A stretch of DNA of 62,927 nucleotides, filler included, from Asterionella formosa (taxonomy: Eukaryota), in NCBI GenBank assembly GCA_002256025.1. It is 15 parts of 15 records of this genome, joined end to end, with 100 filler letters (N's around TTAATTAATTAA, not from the genome) between each part and the next. Parts side by side here need not be neighbours in the genome. Positions count along the whole stretch, not along the records: positions 23,260 to 24,279 come from NKIB01004920.1; positions 24,380 to 25,399 come from NKIB01004921.1; positions 25,500 to 26,519 come from NKIB01004922.1; positions 26,620 to 43,056 come from NKIB01004923.1; 11 more parts are not named here. One strand, written 5' to 3'. The notes under the pieces are model-generated. The model saw only the letters and a program-made list of their open reading frames with translations, did not search any database and was not told the origin of the DNA. This document shows positions 23,160 through 35,492 of the stretch, in pieces; within the stretch, counting starts at the first letter, position 1; the number at the start of each line of letters is the position of its first letter. The translations under genes and the position numbers were made by a program.

Positions 23160-24379
23160 NNNNNNNNNNNNNNNNNNNNNNNNNNNNNNNNNNNNNNNNN
23201 NNNTTAATTAATTAANNNNNNNNNNNNNNNNNNNNNNNNNNNNNNNNNNNNNNNNNNNNATCAATTCATGCTAATTCTAATTACATATTTAACGGTAATA
23301 TTTAGGCAGAAATAGGGATTCTTACGTATTGATACGTACAGCACCGGTAGTACGAAATATCGACTACTTGGTACACCAGGTACTGGAAGAGGATAGATAC
23401 TGGTATGGATCATGACTAATTACCAGGTACCGATAGCTATGTATGATGCACTTTAGTACTGAGTACCTGGTAACAACCACGACAGCGAAGGAACAAAATA
23501 ACTCGTATGAATCACACACACAGAAGAAGATACCGGTATAAAAAAAAGGAAGTGTATACGGTATTCATGTGCGAGCATCGTATCAAAGATAAATAAATAA
23601 ATGGATGATCTAACGACTATAAAATAATCTTTATCATCATGTATCATCACACATAATACAGGACATACATGGTAAGTAGAGTCTAGGTGAAATAGAGAAA
23701 AATCATCATGCCGCATGATTCGTTTTCCATTTGTAATGTGTTGTCGTACGTGGAGTACCAGCACTGGTACCTGGTACCAGGGTACCATGCATTAGGTACC
23801 AGTACTACCCTGGTAATTTTCAATCATGATACCGGTATACCGGTAGATTTACCGGTATACCTACCACATTATCGAATTTGTTTTGTGAACTTTTTAAACT
23901 TTGCTTTAAAATTAGTATATTAACTCTTTGAGTAAATCATCATTTATATATGGACATATCATCATCATGCTAAAATATTACGCCAGTAATTAAAATAAAA
24001 TCATTCATAGAGATTTTTTCCATTTTCCACAATTCATGTTTGGGGTTTGCGTTTTTTTTGTGGTGTCGGCCATTTCTTCTCCAACAACATTCTCTCTCTT
24101 CCTTGGGACTATTTTATAATACAAAGTAGCCACAATCAATACTAGTCCTTCTTTGTCATTTATATATATCTATATCTATAATTCATAACGACATCGAGAC
24201 AAAATTGGAAGGGCAGGACAACGGCAAGAACAAGAACAAGATCAACGGCGAACAAGTTACATGATTCAACCAACAAAGANNNNNNNNNNNNNNNNNNNNN
24301 NNNNNNNNNNNNNNNNNNNNNNNTTAATTAATTAANNNNNNNNNNNNNNNNNNNNNNNNNNNNNNNNNNNNNNNNNNNN

Positions 24380-26519
24380 TCTTAACGAAAAGCAGCTGCT
24401 GGAATGAAAGGAACAAAATATCACATTCATGGTAAAATGAAATTATTGTTATTGTTATTGTTGTCGTTTTTGTCGTCTTTTCTGCTATCATGGTTGTGTT
24501 CTCGTTTTCGTTACCGCTGTCCCTGCTGTTTCTGCTGTCATTTTTCTTGTTCTTATTCTATTGTTCTTTCGTTATGGTTACTGTGGCTGTAAAACCTTCT
24601 CTTCCTTGGTGTTCCTCGCCCTGCGTTTGAACTTGAACATGCATTGTTTGATATGGAATGTAAAAAGGTCTTGTTTGTTAAAAACCAGCCATCATCTGAC
24701 TCTGTGAATCTTGTTCTTCGCTTCCAGATAACAAGAAGGATTCTGTTGTGGGCCGGTTCCTCTGGAAGAAACAGGCAGGCATTTTTTGTTTCTCCTTGCT
24801 TGGTGTCATCACAGAAAGGATGCATCTGAAAGTTCGAGAAATTATGGTAAGCAGTTAAAATTTTGGGAAATGGAAACAGGTCTTTTGTCACATTGCTGTT
24901 GTTCTTTTTGTTGTTGCTCTGCACCGTCGCTCGTTTTCTTCGTCTTGTGTTTGGAAATATGTTTGATTGCTGTTGTAGTTCCCTTACCTCCATTTCGTTC
25001 TTCCTCTTACTTGTGCCGTTTGGAATTGGAAAAGTGGTCAGTCATGAACATACTCTGCGAACCTTTTTCTTTTTCTACAGACAATCAATCTGTTTTTGGC
25101 AGGGCAGGGTTGAACCTTGGGAATAATGAAATGCGTCGTGCTCTGCCTGTGTCAGGATGGCTATCCTGTGTCAGGCAGGCTATCAATCATTTGTTATTTA
25201 CATTGTTGAAAGGATTCCTCTGGTGCATAGGGGACAACTGTATACATGGTAAGCAAGTGCAATGTTTTCTTGCCTTCTGCTGATATTGTTTGCTGTTGCT
25301 TGTTGTGGGCAGATCTCCTCTCCTATTCTCCTTCGTCTTTGTTCGGAATTGTTAGCGCAGGCATTGCCTATTTGTAATGAATTAGAAGAAGGGCTTGATN
25401 NNNNNNNNNNNNNNNNNNNNNNNNNNNNNNNNNNNNNNNNNNNTTAATTAATTAANNNNNNNNNNNNNNNNNNNNNNNNNNNNNNNNNNNNNNNNNNNNT
25501 CTTAACGAAAAGCAGCTGCTGGAATGAAAGGAACAAAATATCACATTCATGGTAAAATGAAATTATTGTTATTGTTATTGTTGTCGTTTTTGTCGTCTTT
25601 TCTGCTATCATGGTTGTGTTCTCGTTTTCGTTACCGCTGTCCATGCTGTTTCTGCTGTCATTTTTCTTGTTCTTATTCTATTGTTCTTTCATTATGGTTA
25701 CTGTGGCTGTAAAACCTTCTCTTCCTTGGTGTTCCTCGCCCTGCGTTTGAACTTGAACATGCATTGTTTGATATGGAATGTAAAAAGGTCTTGTTTGTTA
25801 AAAACCAGCCATCATCTGACTCTGTGAATCTTGTTCTTCGCTTCCAGATAACAAGAAGGACTCTGTTGTGGGCCGGTTCCTCTGGAAGAAACAGGCAGGC
25901 ATTTTTTGTTTCTCCTTGCTTGGTGTCATCACAGAAAGGATGCATCTGAAAGTTCGAGAAATTATGGTAAGCAGTTAAAATTTTGGGAAATGGAAACAGG
26001 TCTTTTGTCACATTGCTGTTGTTCTTTTTGTTGTTGCTCTGCACCGTCGCTCGTTTTCTTCGTCTTGTGTTTGGAAATATGTTTGATTGCTGTTGTAGTT
26101 CCCTTACCTCCATTTCGTTCTTCCTCTTACTTGTGCCGTTCCGAATTGGAAAAGTGGTCAGTCATGAACATACTCTGCGAACCTTTTTCTTTTTCTACAG
26201 ACAATCAATCTGTTTTTGGCAGGGCAGGGTTGAACCTTGGGAATAATGAAATGCGTCGTGCTCTGCCTGTGTCAGGATGGCTATCCTGTGTCAGGCAGGC
26301 TATCAATCATTTGTTATTTACATTGTTGAAAGGATTCCTCTGGTGCATAGGGGACAACTGTATACATGGTAAGCAAGTGCAATGTTTTCTTGCCTTCTGC
26401 TGATATTGTTTGCTGTTGCTTGTTGTGGGCAGATCTCCTCTCCTATTCTCCTTCGTCTTTGTTCGGAATTGTTAGCGCAGGCATTGCCTATTTGTAATGA
26501 ATTAGAAGAAGGGCTTGAT
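24380..26519. repeat. Two near-identical 1020-bp contigs (24380-25399 and 25500-26519), probably uncollapsed alleles or repeat copies
   Basis: Same start and end, with only a handful of substitutions (for example 24571 G vs 25691 A, and 24741 T vs 25861 C). Confidence 0.93.
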
Positions 26520-26619
26520 NNNNNNNNNNNNNNNNNNNNNNNNNNNNNNNNNNNNNNNNNNNNTTAATTAATTAANNNNNNNNNNNNNNNNNNNNNNNNN
26601 NNNNNNNNNNNNNNNNNNN

Positions 26620-26745
26620 AAAGCATTGGATGCTCTGGCCACTGTCTTGATAATGGGCCCCCTTTCTGTTGTACCCGATATGGGCTATCTCAGTAAAGCG
26701 TCGGCTCTCGGACTACTAGTTCTGGGTGTCACGTTTGGCGTAATT
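26620..26745 (+). pseudogene. Fragment of an amino-acid transporter gene (Aa_trans/AAAP-like) abutting copia pol
   Basis: ALDALATVLIMGPLSVVPDMGYLSKASALGLLVLGVTFGVI is hydrophobic, with a PLS......L...S..G pattern typical of this family's transmembrane segments. Confidence 0.5.
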
Positions 26746-28837
26746 GATAAAGCAATTAATTGTTTCATGATTGGATACTCTGAAAACCACTCAGGTGATA
26801 CCTACCGACTCTTTAACCCTATAACCAAGAAGGTGATTCAGTGCCGTGATGTAAAATGGATAGAATGGCATGGAGAAAAAAAACCCTACCGATGATCTGA
26901 CCATGTTTAAGACTGGGATTGATGAAATTGAGTTTGAGGAACTTGACCAGCCTGTTGCACCAAATCCGACTGTCATCCCAGAGGATGAGACTGGATCACT
27001 TTCGACTCTTAATGAATTGCAGGTCTCTGAAGCAGGGAGGAATGAAGCTTCAAATACTTCAAAACCTGCTCTTACAAGAGCTGAACGAGAGCTCAAGAAA
27101 CTTGGTCATGAAACTGCTCCAACGATGTCTACACTACGTTCTGGAAGATTGCATACTATTGTAGATGATGATCATCATCTGGATTCTAAGCCTACTTCAT
27201 CCATGGAGGTTCATTACATCTACAGCTCTACACTTGCATCAGGTCCAGGTGAACCCAAGACCTACATTGCGGCACTGAAAGCAGACGATAGAGAAAAATG
27301 GATTCCAGCAATCAAAAGTGAAATTATTAATTTTATAAAACGAAAATTCTGGTCAAAATTCCCACAATCAGAATTGCATGGACCACGCAAGCCGCTTGGG
27401 AGTCGATGGGTCTTCAAGAAAAAGAAGGAACAAGACTTGACTACACACTACAAGGCACGTGTGGTTGTCAAGGGATATGTCCAAATCCCTGGTGTTGATT
27501 TTACCGACTCGTTTGCACCTTTGGCTACAGATACAAGTATCAGAGTTGTCCACAAGAAGACATGGACTTTGGAGGTCATTGATATCGAAGCATCCTTTCA
27601 TGAAGGAGATTTAGAGGCAGACATCTACCTTGAATGGCCTGAAGGCGTTGTTGAGTTTGGTTTTGAAGACAACAAGGTTGTCTCAGAAAATTGTATTCTT
27701 TTAAGTAAAGCCATGTATGGAACGGTGCAGGCTGCACAACAGCAGTGGTACAAGAAACTTGTGGAGCGTCTGATTCTCATTGGAATGAAACAGAGCAAAG
27801 TGGATTCATGCATTTTCTTCTTGAAACGTGATTTGAAATTGGTTCTAATTGTTTGCATCCATGTTGACGACTGCATTGTTGCAGGAGAACAAGCCGATGT
27901 TGACTCGCTTAAGGCTGAAGCCAAGAAGCATTTCACCATAAAGGAACTCGGACCAATCAAGAAACATTTAGGAGTTTGGTATGACTGGGGAGAGGATGCT
28001 GATGGAAGATTTCTTGAATCTACCATGGAGGATTTCGTTGAAGGAATGTTTGAAGATTATAAGAATCTCTTTGGACGATATCCCGCAATTGCACCAACTC
28101 CCGGATTTCCAGGTACAAGTTTGTCCAAGAATGATGCCCACACTGTTCTACATAGTGATTACAGATCCATGGTTGGAAAAATCTTATACTTTGTAAAGAA
28201 GATATCTCCAATTTGTGCCAATGCATGTCAAGAATTGTCTCAGCATCTGGAGAATCCAGGAGAGGCGAATTGGAAGGCGGTTGAACATCTGTTGGGATTC
28301 TTATATGCAGACAAGAAACATCGGCGTATGAAGACGCGAACCCCAAAAGAAATGCGCCCAATGGATGTTGTCGACAGTGCATTTGCAATTAACCCTGATA
28401 CTCGCAAAAGTACAAGTGCATGTCTCGGAACTATTGGAGCATGCTCCTTGGTGACTTGGTCATTCAAAGGACAGAACCTTGTAACAACGTCAAGCATGGA
28501 AGCTGAGTATGTTAGCCTAAGCGACGGTGTCAAGGATGCTACATTTGTTGCAAATCTATTGGATGAGGTCTACTATGTGGAACTGCCAGCAATAATTGCT
28601 GAGGATAACACTGGAGCGATTTTCCTAAGCAAAAACCAACAAGTTGGATCAAGGACAAAGCATATTGATGTCAGATATCATTTTATACCTGAGAAGACTG
28701 AAGATGGATTTGTTGTTGTGGTCTATGTACAAACATGTGAAAACCCTAGTGACCTGCTGTCAAAGAATGTAACTCAGAAGGTGCATCAATCGCATGCATA
28801 TGATATTTGCAATGGGACAATGGATTGTTGGAACTAG
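26746..28837 (+). mobile_element. Ty1/copia pol, 3' half (post-integrase SH3-like region, RT, RNase H), 5'-truncated
   Basis: CFMIGYSENHSGDTYRLFNP...RDVKW, then a frameshift at a poly-A run near 26880. RT motifs: SRWVFKKK, KARVVVKGYVQIPGVDF, KAMYGTVQAA, HVDD. RNase H motifs: SSMEAEY, EDNTGA, RTKHIDVRYHF, NPSDLLSK. Confidence 0.95.
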
Positions 28838-28848
28838 AACAGAGAGGA

Positions 28849-29321
28849 TGTCAAGATTTAGTACTGCGTGCAAATTAGTTCAGTCGAACTAATCAATCTT
28901 GAATAATATTCCAGCCAAAATCCCGTATTGAAATGCTGTGAGAATTTGAACAGCATTGATTGCCAAGAACTATATCAGCAAACCAAGGTAAATATTCGAC
29001 TGGAGAATGTTCTAAGTAATCAATATTTCAATGAAGGAAAGTCTATATGCAATGCAGATAGCATTGAATATTCATGATTGTTCTAATAGTAAGTGAGTGG
29101 AGTTGAGTTGTTGTCAGTTGAGAATTGAATGCTGTCTAACAACACAATGAATATACATATACAAATTTGGGAAGAGAACCTTAATAATTGGTCATGTGAA
29201 CGATTACAGAGATAGATCAAATAAGCTCACAATAAGGTGGGATAAGAACAGAAGGTTTTTAATAAACTGAGCTTGTCTAGAAAGAGCTAGCCAAGCAGTC
29301 AGACTGCAGAAGAATTTAACA
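28849..29321 (+). repeat. 3' LTR of the copia element (right end approximate)
   Basis: Polypurine tract AGAGAGGA (28841-28848) directly followed by TGTCAAG. A candidate end ...TTAACA lies at 29321. Confidence 0.55.
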
Positions 29322-29582
29322 TAGTCTGAGGAGTGTTTGAATGGAAATACCGGTAGACAGCTCAGTTTATTTCCTGTATCTACCGGTAGATACTCTATTT
29401 TACGTAAGTATAGTATACAGTAGTGTAGATGGATGGAGAGTTAATTTTCTTCGCTGGCGAGATGCAGCTGCTAACCTAATCCTATTTGTTAGCCACTACA
29501 ACTAGTATACTTATTCCAGGTCAAGACTGGCAGAGTCGACTGAACCTACTGCAACGTACAAATCGGTTCAAGAGACAGTGGA

Positions 29583-30564
29583 TTAGCTCAAAAACAACTT
29601 CGTGCACTGTTCCTTCGTGTCCTCTGGAGACGTCACTGTGTGTCCAATGGTACGAGTGTGGCTGAAAATTTCAAAATCATTTCCACCCTCAAACGTTTTG
29701 TCTCCAAAGAAGTGAATTTCATCAAAGTCACTCTCTGCCAAGAACTGAAGGCAATACGTCTTGTCCCATCCAGTAGGGAAGACGTCGAAGGAAATTTGTC
29801 CACCAATACTGTATGTCAAATTCAAATCAGCAAATTCATTCCTCATGGCATCCACCATATTCTTTCGGATATTATTGGCAAGATCAAAGACTTCGTACTC
29901 GTCGCGTTCCTCGCGGGAGCAATTGCGGCCAATGGGAGAAATATTAAACATGCCGCTTCGAAACTCAAAAAAGGTTCCGCGCTGAACCATGATAGCGAGG
30001 AAATGTGTGAGAAAAATCAGAAGAGAGATGAAAAATTGCATGAATAACAATAAAACAGAGGGCACATTGGTCCACAAGATAATTACTAGCGGGAATAACA
30101 AGTGAATCATTCGATCAGCACCCACATCAAACTAGTCATCTGATAAACTAAGCGATTCAGCGTTTCTGAAAAAATTAGCAAATGTGCCTTTGTTGAATCT
30201 TCCTTACCTTGACTGGTATATCAATCGCGGACAGGTACTTCAACGTCCAGTTCACAATTCGTTTGACGTTGTCTTCACCAAGATACTTGGCAATTGTCTG
30301 CACCTCAAGAAGTTCCCCATGCTTGTATGCGACCAGTCCATTTTGGCTAAAGTTGTAAGGAAATAGGGTGGTCACTCCGTTTCCAAGCTGTTCTTCTTGT
30401 TTAGGCAAATCAGATCCTCCAACAATGCCGACAGTGACCTTTTTGGAAAGTCCCTTCATGAATTCCATCATATCTTCAGTGATTTCACCACGAGGGACAG
30501 TGAGGGTCCCATCGACATCGAAGAGAGCGATAATGCGAGGATTTTCAGGACTTTCAGCGGACAT
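29583..30564 (-). CDS. PMM: Phosphomannomutase (eukaryotic HAD-IIB, PMM2/Sec53-like), 251 aa; exons 30564-30208 and 29981-29583
   Basis: Motifs [73 protein letters not shown] and HFFGDKT.EGGND.EI. The 226-nt intron is GTAAGG...TTCAG. Confidence 0.97.
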
Positions 30565-31779
30565 GGTCAATTAATAGAATCTTCAGCTCAAAAACAGAAT
30601 GTTGTGTGAAAAATATGGCAATGATAGATGCGAGCGAGCTGATCTCAACGCCGAAAATCTTTATGACGTTATTTGTGTATTACTATGAGTGCATGAAATA
30701 CCTGCATGCTCTTTATTTCTCTATATTCTACCAAAGTGAATATTCAAAAACGGTACGATCCCTGTGGTCGCGAGGAGGGCGAACAACAGCCGCACGCCGC
30801 CTAGGGACCAGGTAGACCTGGTAGGGCGGGGACGAAAATGCAGATCGATTTGCTCTCTTTGCTCCCTTCGAGAGAACTCATGAGTACCGGGACCCTGGTA
30901 TTTGGTACCAGGTACCGCGTACTCAACACCTGGTACCAGGGTACAGGGTGCCAGGCATTTTCGATCAGGTACCAGTGTCAGGTACCTGGTACTGGTACCA
31001 GGTACCAGGTACCAGCTGGGAGTACAGCACCTGGATACATGCGTATACCGGTATTGGGTTAGAGTTATATCAAGTAGCTGTATATCTGCACTTGATTATG
31101 ATATGTGAGAACTCGACGAAAACCTATTCACTAATACTGTGATGTCAACTTAGTTAAAACTTAGTTGAATGAGTTTGATACAATGATTAACTTATAAGCA
31201 AATATATTCAACAAATACAACTACTTCTAATTAGATACTTCACCTGGTACTCCGGACTTCAGAGTAGTAGTACCACCCTGGAGAGTCTGGTAATGCACGC
31301 TTTTTGTGCACCTTTTGAATTTCGATTCCTTCCCCCCTGCCAGACAAGATGATCTGGCTTTCAATTCCGTGTTTTCATAAGTAATATCAAGTCAATAAAA
31401 CTCCTTGGAGGAAGCCAATAACAATGTCGACAGTTTGATAGAGGCAGTGCAGGTAGCACTCCATTCATTTGATACAAAAAATTAAATTCTTCTTTTTCAA
31501 TATACTACTAACAAAGGGTTGCTTGGCTGAAGGAGATTATTTTGTTAAATGGCGACAACACCTATGACACACCGCACATTGGGAAAGCTGCTTTGTTGGA
31601 GCGGGCAGGGATACGACCAGATAGGCTACAAGCTGGAGAAAGAGCAATTGAGTTGGCCCGCACATTCTTGGATGATCAGTTTGAATAGTAGGGTGCTGTG
31701 CTGACTAGTAAGGTTTTTTTTGTTTCCGATGCAAATATGGTTGCATTTGATTCAAAAACATTCCACCTCAAGTTGTTAA

Positions 31780-31950
31780 TAGTTCTACATGCACCATCCA
31801 CCATACTCTTCCAGCTCTGGATCAGATTGGGCCGAACTGAATATGCTTTGGAGGTCACCTTGATATTGTTGGGTTTACCACGTGCTTCTGTAACAAAATA
31901 TTTCTTCTGCCTGTTGCAGAGATATTTCTTGGTTACTTGTTATGTTGATG
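31780..31950 (-). pseudogene. Possible pogo/Tc1-like transposase N-terminal HTH remnant
   Basis: The minus strand reads KKYLCNRQKKYFVTEARGKPNNIKVTSKAYSVRPNLIQSWK, resembling transposase HTH spacing (KK..V.EA....I..TA..Y.V....I..W). No catalytic domain was seen. Confidence 0.3.
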
Positions 31951-32345
31951 ATGACACAAAATTGATTTGGTTGACTAAGAACCTCAGTATCTACCACAAT
32001 CCGAGCCGTAGAACCTATACAAACTATTACAATTGTAAAACTAGGCACACAAGTGGATACGCTCTAGGAATCCTCACTATTGAAGCATTGAAGAAATTCT
32101 GGTATGCCAGTGCACCAGAAATGGAAATTCAATTGATCCTAGAAACCATTTGAACCTAAAAAACATCTCTTTTAATGTTATCATGTATGTTTAAACCATG
32201 AAGAAAAAGGTGGTGGAGTTGGCTTGTTCATAATGTTTGGCGACCCAAAAAGGGCCGGTATTGTGTACCCCCTCTAAGTAAATTCAATGATGGCCGATGT
32301 CTACATTTAGGTACAGGACAACAGGTTTTATGGTATGGATTACCA

Positions 32346-32638
32346 GCAAGTTGCGATAATTTTGCCTGTATAAACATTTCGCCTCTAGATGAAGACGAAT
32401 AAATATTTAACTACAGTCAAATGACCGCAACTTACACAACTAGCTGTCATTTTGCTGAAACTGATAGCGTAGCACACACCAGGCATGCAAATTCAAATTC
32501 CATGACCAGTTCGATTCGAAACTGAAATACCGGTATTTAACCATTCTGAATCTGCCTGATTATTTTCTTGGTGACATTGCCTAAATAAACAATTTAATAT
32601 CAGTTTTTTTTACCTTCAGCACAATTACTGCAACTTGC
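32346..32638. mobile_element. Two adjacent degenerate MITE copies (16242 family)
   Basis: TACCAGCAAGTTGCGATAATTTTGC...CAAATGACCGCAACTT (32341-32433), and ...GCTGTCATTTTGCTGAAA...TCAGCACAATTACTGCAACTTGCAGGTA (ending 32638-32643). Confidence 0.65.
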
Positions 32639-33104
32639 AGGTAGGCTTATTAATTCACAACACATATCAAATGTCAGTAGCAAGTTCACAGAGGTGAACA
32701 TATCGGTATGTATTTACTGTAAAATGTTAAACCTTCAAGCTATTACCAAAGTTCTATGTATATTTTATCTCTGCATACTCTCAATCTCTGTTCCCAGAAT
32801 TTCCTGAAGTTATGCAATCAGTATATTTGACAATGGCATCTCGTAAAGCGAGTTCGAAATAATTGGAGCGACAATTAAATGCTGTTCTTGGGAGGCGATT
32901 GCAAGCACAAACTTTGTCCATCTAATTCTGTTCTTTATTCCACTTTCCAACGAGAGAAACTGATTGCTCCATAAAGAAGTAATGAGTGAATCATGATGAA
33001 AGCTCAACTGATAATTGTAATCTAGAAACAAATCGTCAATTGGTTTTTCCCGTGTAACTCCTTCACTCTTGTCATAATAAGCAATCCCAACCGCTTGTCT
33101 GTTC

Positions 33105-34460
33105 TCAAGTATGATCGTCTGTGGTCACTATTAGGGTGTGCAACCATGACCGATGAACACTCTGAATTTTCTTGTCAGGAAACAAGTCCAACCAGGTTGG
33201 TGAAAAGACGGCATAGTGCTGTAACTCCGGATTACTCCATAAATTCATCTGATAGACGTCGTGATTAGAGTCAACGACTGTGGTTCGATCAAAGTGAGAT
33301 TCGAACTGCTTGAGGGGCATCTGCAGCATTCCCGACGCACATAGCTGCACAGGACTGTGTATAGGTTTCATATCATCAGTGGCCAAGCCAAAGGCCCAAA
33401 TGGAGCCATCTTCCAACAAAACAGACGTGTGGTGGGTTCCACAACTCAGGTCAATAACTTTCAAGTCAGGCAACCCTATAACCGGGATAGGAAAGTTAGC
33501 ATCATCTGCCACAACACTTTCCTTAGAATCTTTAAGCCGTGGTGACTGATACTTCCCCCACACATATACTTGGTTGTCATCTAGAACGATTGCCCCATGA
33601 TGCATTCCAGCAGCAATGTGTTTGACTTGAAAAATGTTTATCATATTCTCTTCGTCCTGTTCTCGTGTCGTACATATCCGATTGATCCAACGTCCAAATT
33701 CGCTGGATTCTTCCTCACCGACGTCAATACCAAGCTGTCCTCGATTCCCCTTGCCCCATGCAAAGATGCGGCCCTTGTCGTTTCGTGCGACTCCAAACTG
33801 TAAGCCCAAACCTACTTGGGCAATTGCATTTTCCGGTGGGAGTTGAGGCTCGCCTTGCGTGTTCAGTCCCACTACCATGGTGGGTTCCCACTGGTTGTTG
33901 GACCACTCGCCGGTTCCACATTGGCCTCGAGAATTGAGACCAAAGGTATACAACCTCCCGTTGCCGCCAATGACCGCTGACAGTCCAGCACAGGCACTAA
34001 CCTGGACTGGAGTGGCCCCGTCAGGAAGGGGAATGATAGTAAATTCACTGACGGATGAATATTTCTTTGCCGAATCCCAGTGATGAACCGTCCCATCGTC
34101 TCCCACGAGCTTCCCGATTATCCAGCTCTCAAGTCCTTCTCGTCGCTGGAACAAAGTTTCACTGTTCCTGATTCGAATGAAGTGAGGCAGTCGTCTCAGC
34201 CGAAGTAGGGTCTGGAAGTCATGTGGGCGTCCGACAACTTGCAGTTGATTTTTTTCGTCAATCAATAATGTGTGGCCCCAACCAGCGCTAACTTGTTTCA
34301 CGTGTCCCTTGTAGATCAAGAGTGCCTCTTGCTGAGGGTCCACATCTTCATCATTGTGGCCGGGAATGTTGGCGCGCAGATGAGTAATGCCCAGGGCTCC
34401 TGTCCAGCCTTCGCCAATGGCGTAAATGGACATGCAAGGAAGCGAGCGGCGAAGCGTCAT
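33105..34460 (-). CDS. RCC1/BLIP-II beta-propeller repeat protein (~451 aa)
   Basis: Repeats VKQVSAGWGHTLLI, LYTFGLNSRGQCGTG, IFAWGKGNRGQLG, VKHIAAGMHHGAIV and LSCGTHHTSVLLEDGSIWAFG. The start was chosen at MTLRRSL (34460); the ORF is open to 34571. Confidence 0.9.
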   Translation of the reverse strand: MTLRRSLPCMSIYAIGEGWTGALGITHLRANIPGHNDEDVDPQQEALLIYKGHVKQVSAGWGHTLLIDEKNQLQVVGRPHDFQTLLRLRRLPHFIRIRNSETLFQRREGLESWIIGKLVGDDGTVHHWDSAKKYSSVSEFTIIPLPDGATPVQVSACAGLSAVIGGNGRLYTFGLNSRGQCGTGEWSNNQWEPTMVVGLNTQGEPQLPPENAIAQVGLGLQFGVARNDKGRIFAWGKGNRGQLGIDVGEEESSEFGRWINRICTTREQDEENMINIFQVKHIAAGMHHGAIVLDDNQVYVWGKYQSPRLKDSKESVVADDANFPIPVIGLPDLKVIDLSCGTHHTSVLLEDGSIWAFGLATDDMKPIHSPVQLCASGMLQMPLKQFESHFDRTTVVDSNHDVYQMNLWSNPELQHYAVFSPTWLDLFPDKKIQSVHRSWLHTLIVTTDDHT

Positions 34461-35335
34461 GGCTGGGCAGCGTGGAGAGGGAGAGATTAAGTAGATGTAA
34501 TGAGAGTGGCTGTAAGAGATACACCATGCTGTTATGTACAACAAACTGTGAACATATAAGTCTTCGCTCATGCATCATGGTGAACGAACATACCGACTCC
34601 TCAGTATTTCCTTCAGCAACGCTGAGGCGAGCAATTGGAGAGCCTTTGCTTTGTCAGCAGACAGACAAACTCTCGCTGCTGTACATAGCCTGGGACATGA
34701 CTGATAGAGCAACCCCATTTTCACACCCCGATAAAGCAATATACACTGGCAATTGAAAAAGAATGAACTCACAATTGTTTTGTCAAACTCACTGACTCCG
34801 CAAGCATACCTGATCAAAATGAAAGACTGGTCTGAGCAACCACTGCTGACCTCGAAAGCAAGCTCAAGTGACTAAGGAGAGACAACCTCTCATTCTTGTA
34901 CAATCCAAAACAAAGCCTTCAAAATTCAGTAAACCCGCTGTTAGCACTGCTGACACTTTGCAACACTTCTTCCACACGTTTCGACTACTTTACTCTCATC
35001 CTTGACTAGCAACACGATATACCGGGGTAAGGGTTTGGGTTAAGGTTGGGGTTGTGACTAGGGTTGGGTTATGCAGTTTTGGTACCTGCTACTGTATATA
35101 TACACCCAGTGAACCACACCATAAGATAAACACTTATCACCTCTCCATAAAACAAACCAACACCATGTCCTCTTTCGCCACCTACGTTGATGGATTTCGT
35201 GACACAACACTTGACACATTCCAAGGCAATGTCTGCAAATAGATAACATCTTATTCATGTGATGCATCTTATGATGACAATCATATGATAATGTCGTAAT
35301 TTCAAAAGGATACTGTATGTTTTATTGCCAAATGG

Positions 35336-35492
35336 ACCCCCCTATTTCTAGGCAAGTCTTTCATTGTGCTACCTGCCAACAAGACTTGTGCTTCCCAACT
35401 TTTCTTAGCATAGGTGAGTCCCCAACAACTACCTTCACAAAAGGTGATTGCCTTAGTTGCAGTGTGAGATAAAACCCCGAATGCCTAGGAAG
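35336..35492 (-). repeat. Second, 5'-truncated copy of the SINE-like repeat at 12290
   Basis: The reverse complement shares CTTCCTAGGCA.TCGG.GTTT, AATCACCTTT, GGGAAGCACA and CTTGTTGGCAGG.AGCACAATGAA with 12447-12572. Confidence 0.75.

Noticed and set aside
24553..26403. ORFs of 146-165 aa in the duplicated 1-kb contigs
   Set aside because: They are low complexity, overlap on both strands and have no recognisable domain. Their conservation only reflects near-identical DNA.
29982..30207. TPP riboswitch in the PMM intron
   Set aside because: It lacks the CTGAGA and CCTGAT...TAATGC core, and PMM is unrelated to thiamine metabolism.
30838..31142. Short ORFs rich in VPGT/YQVP/GTRY (also 50344-50772, 23453-23923 and 60811-61017)
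   Set aside because: These are translations of the stop-poor GGTACC arrays, not a protein family.
35023..35070. Telomere (degenerate TTAGGG-like run; also CCCTAACCCTAAA at 305 and 405)
   Set aside because: Too short, degenerate and internal to mark a chromosome end.
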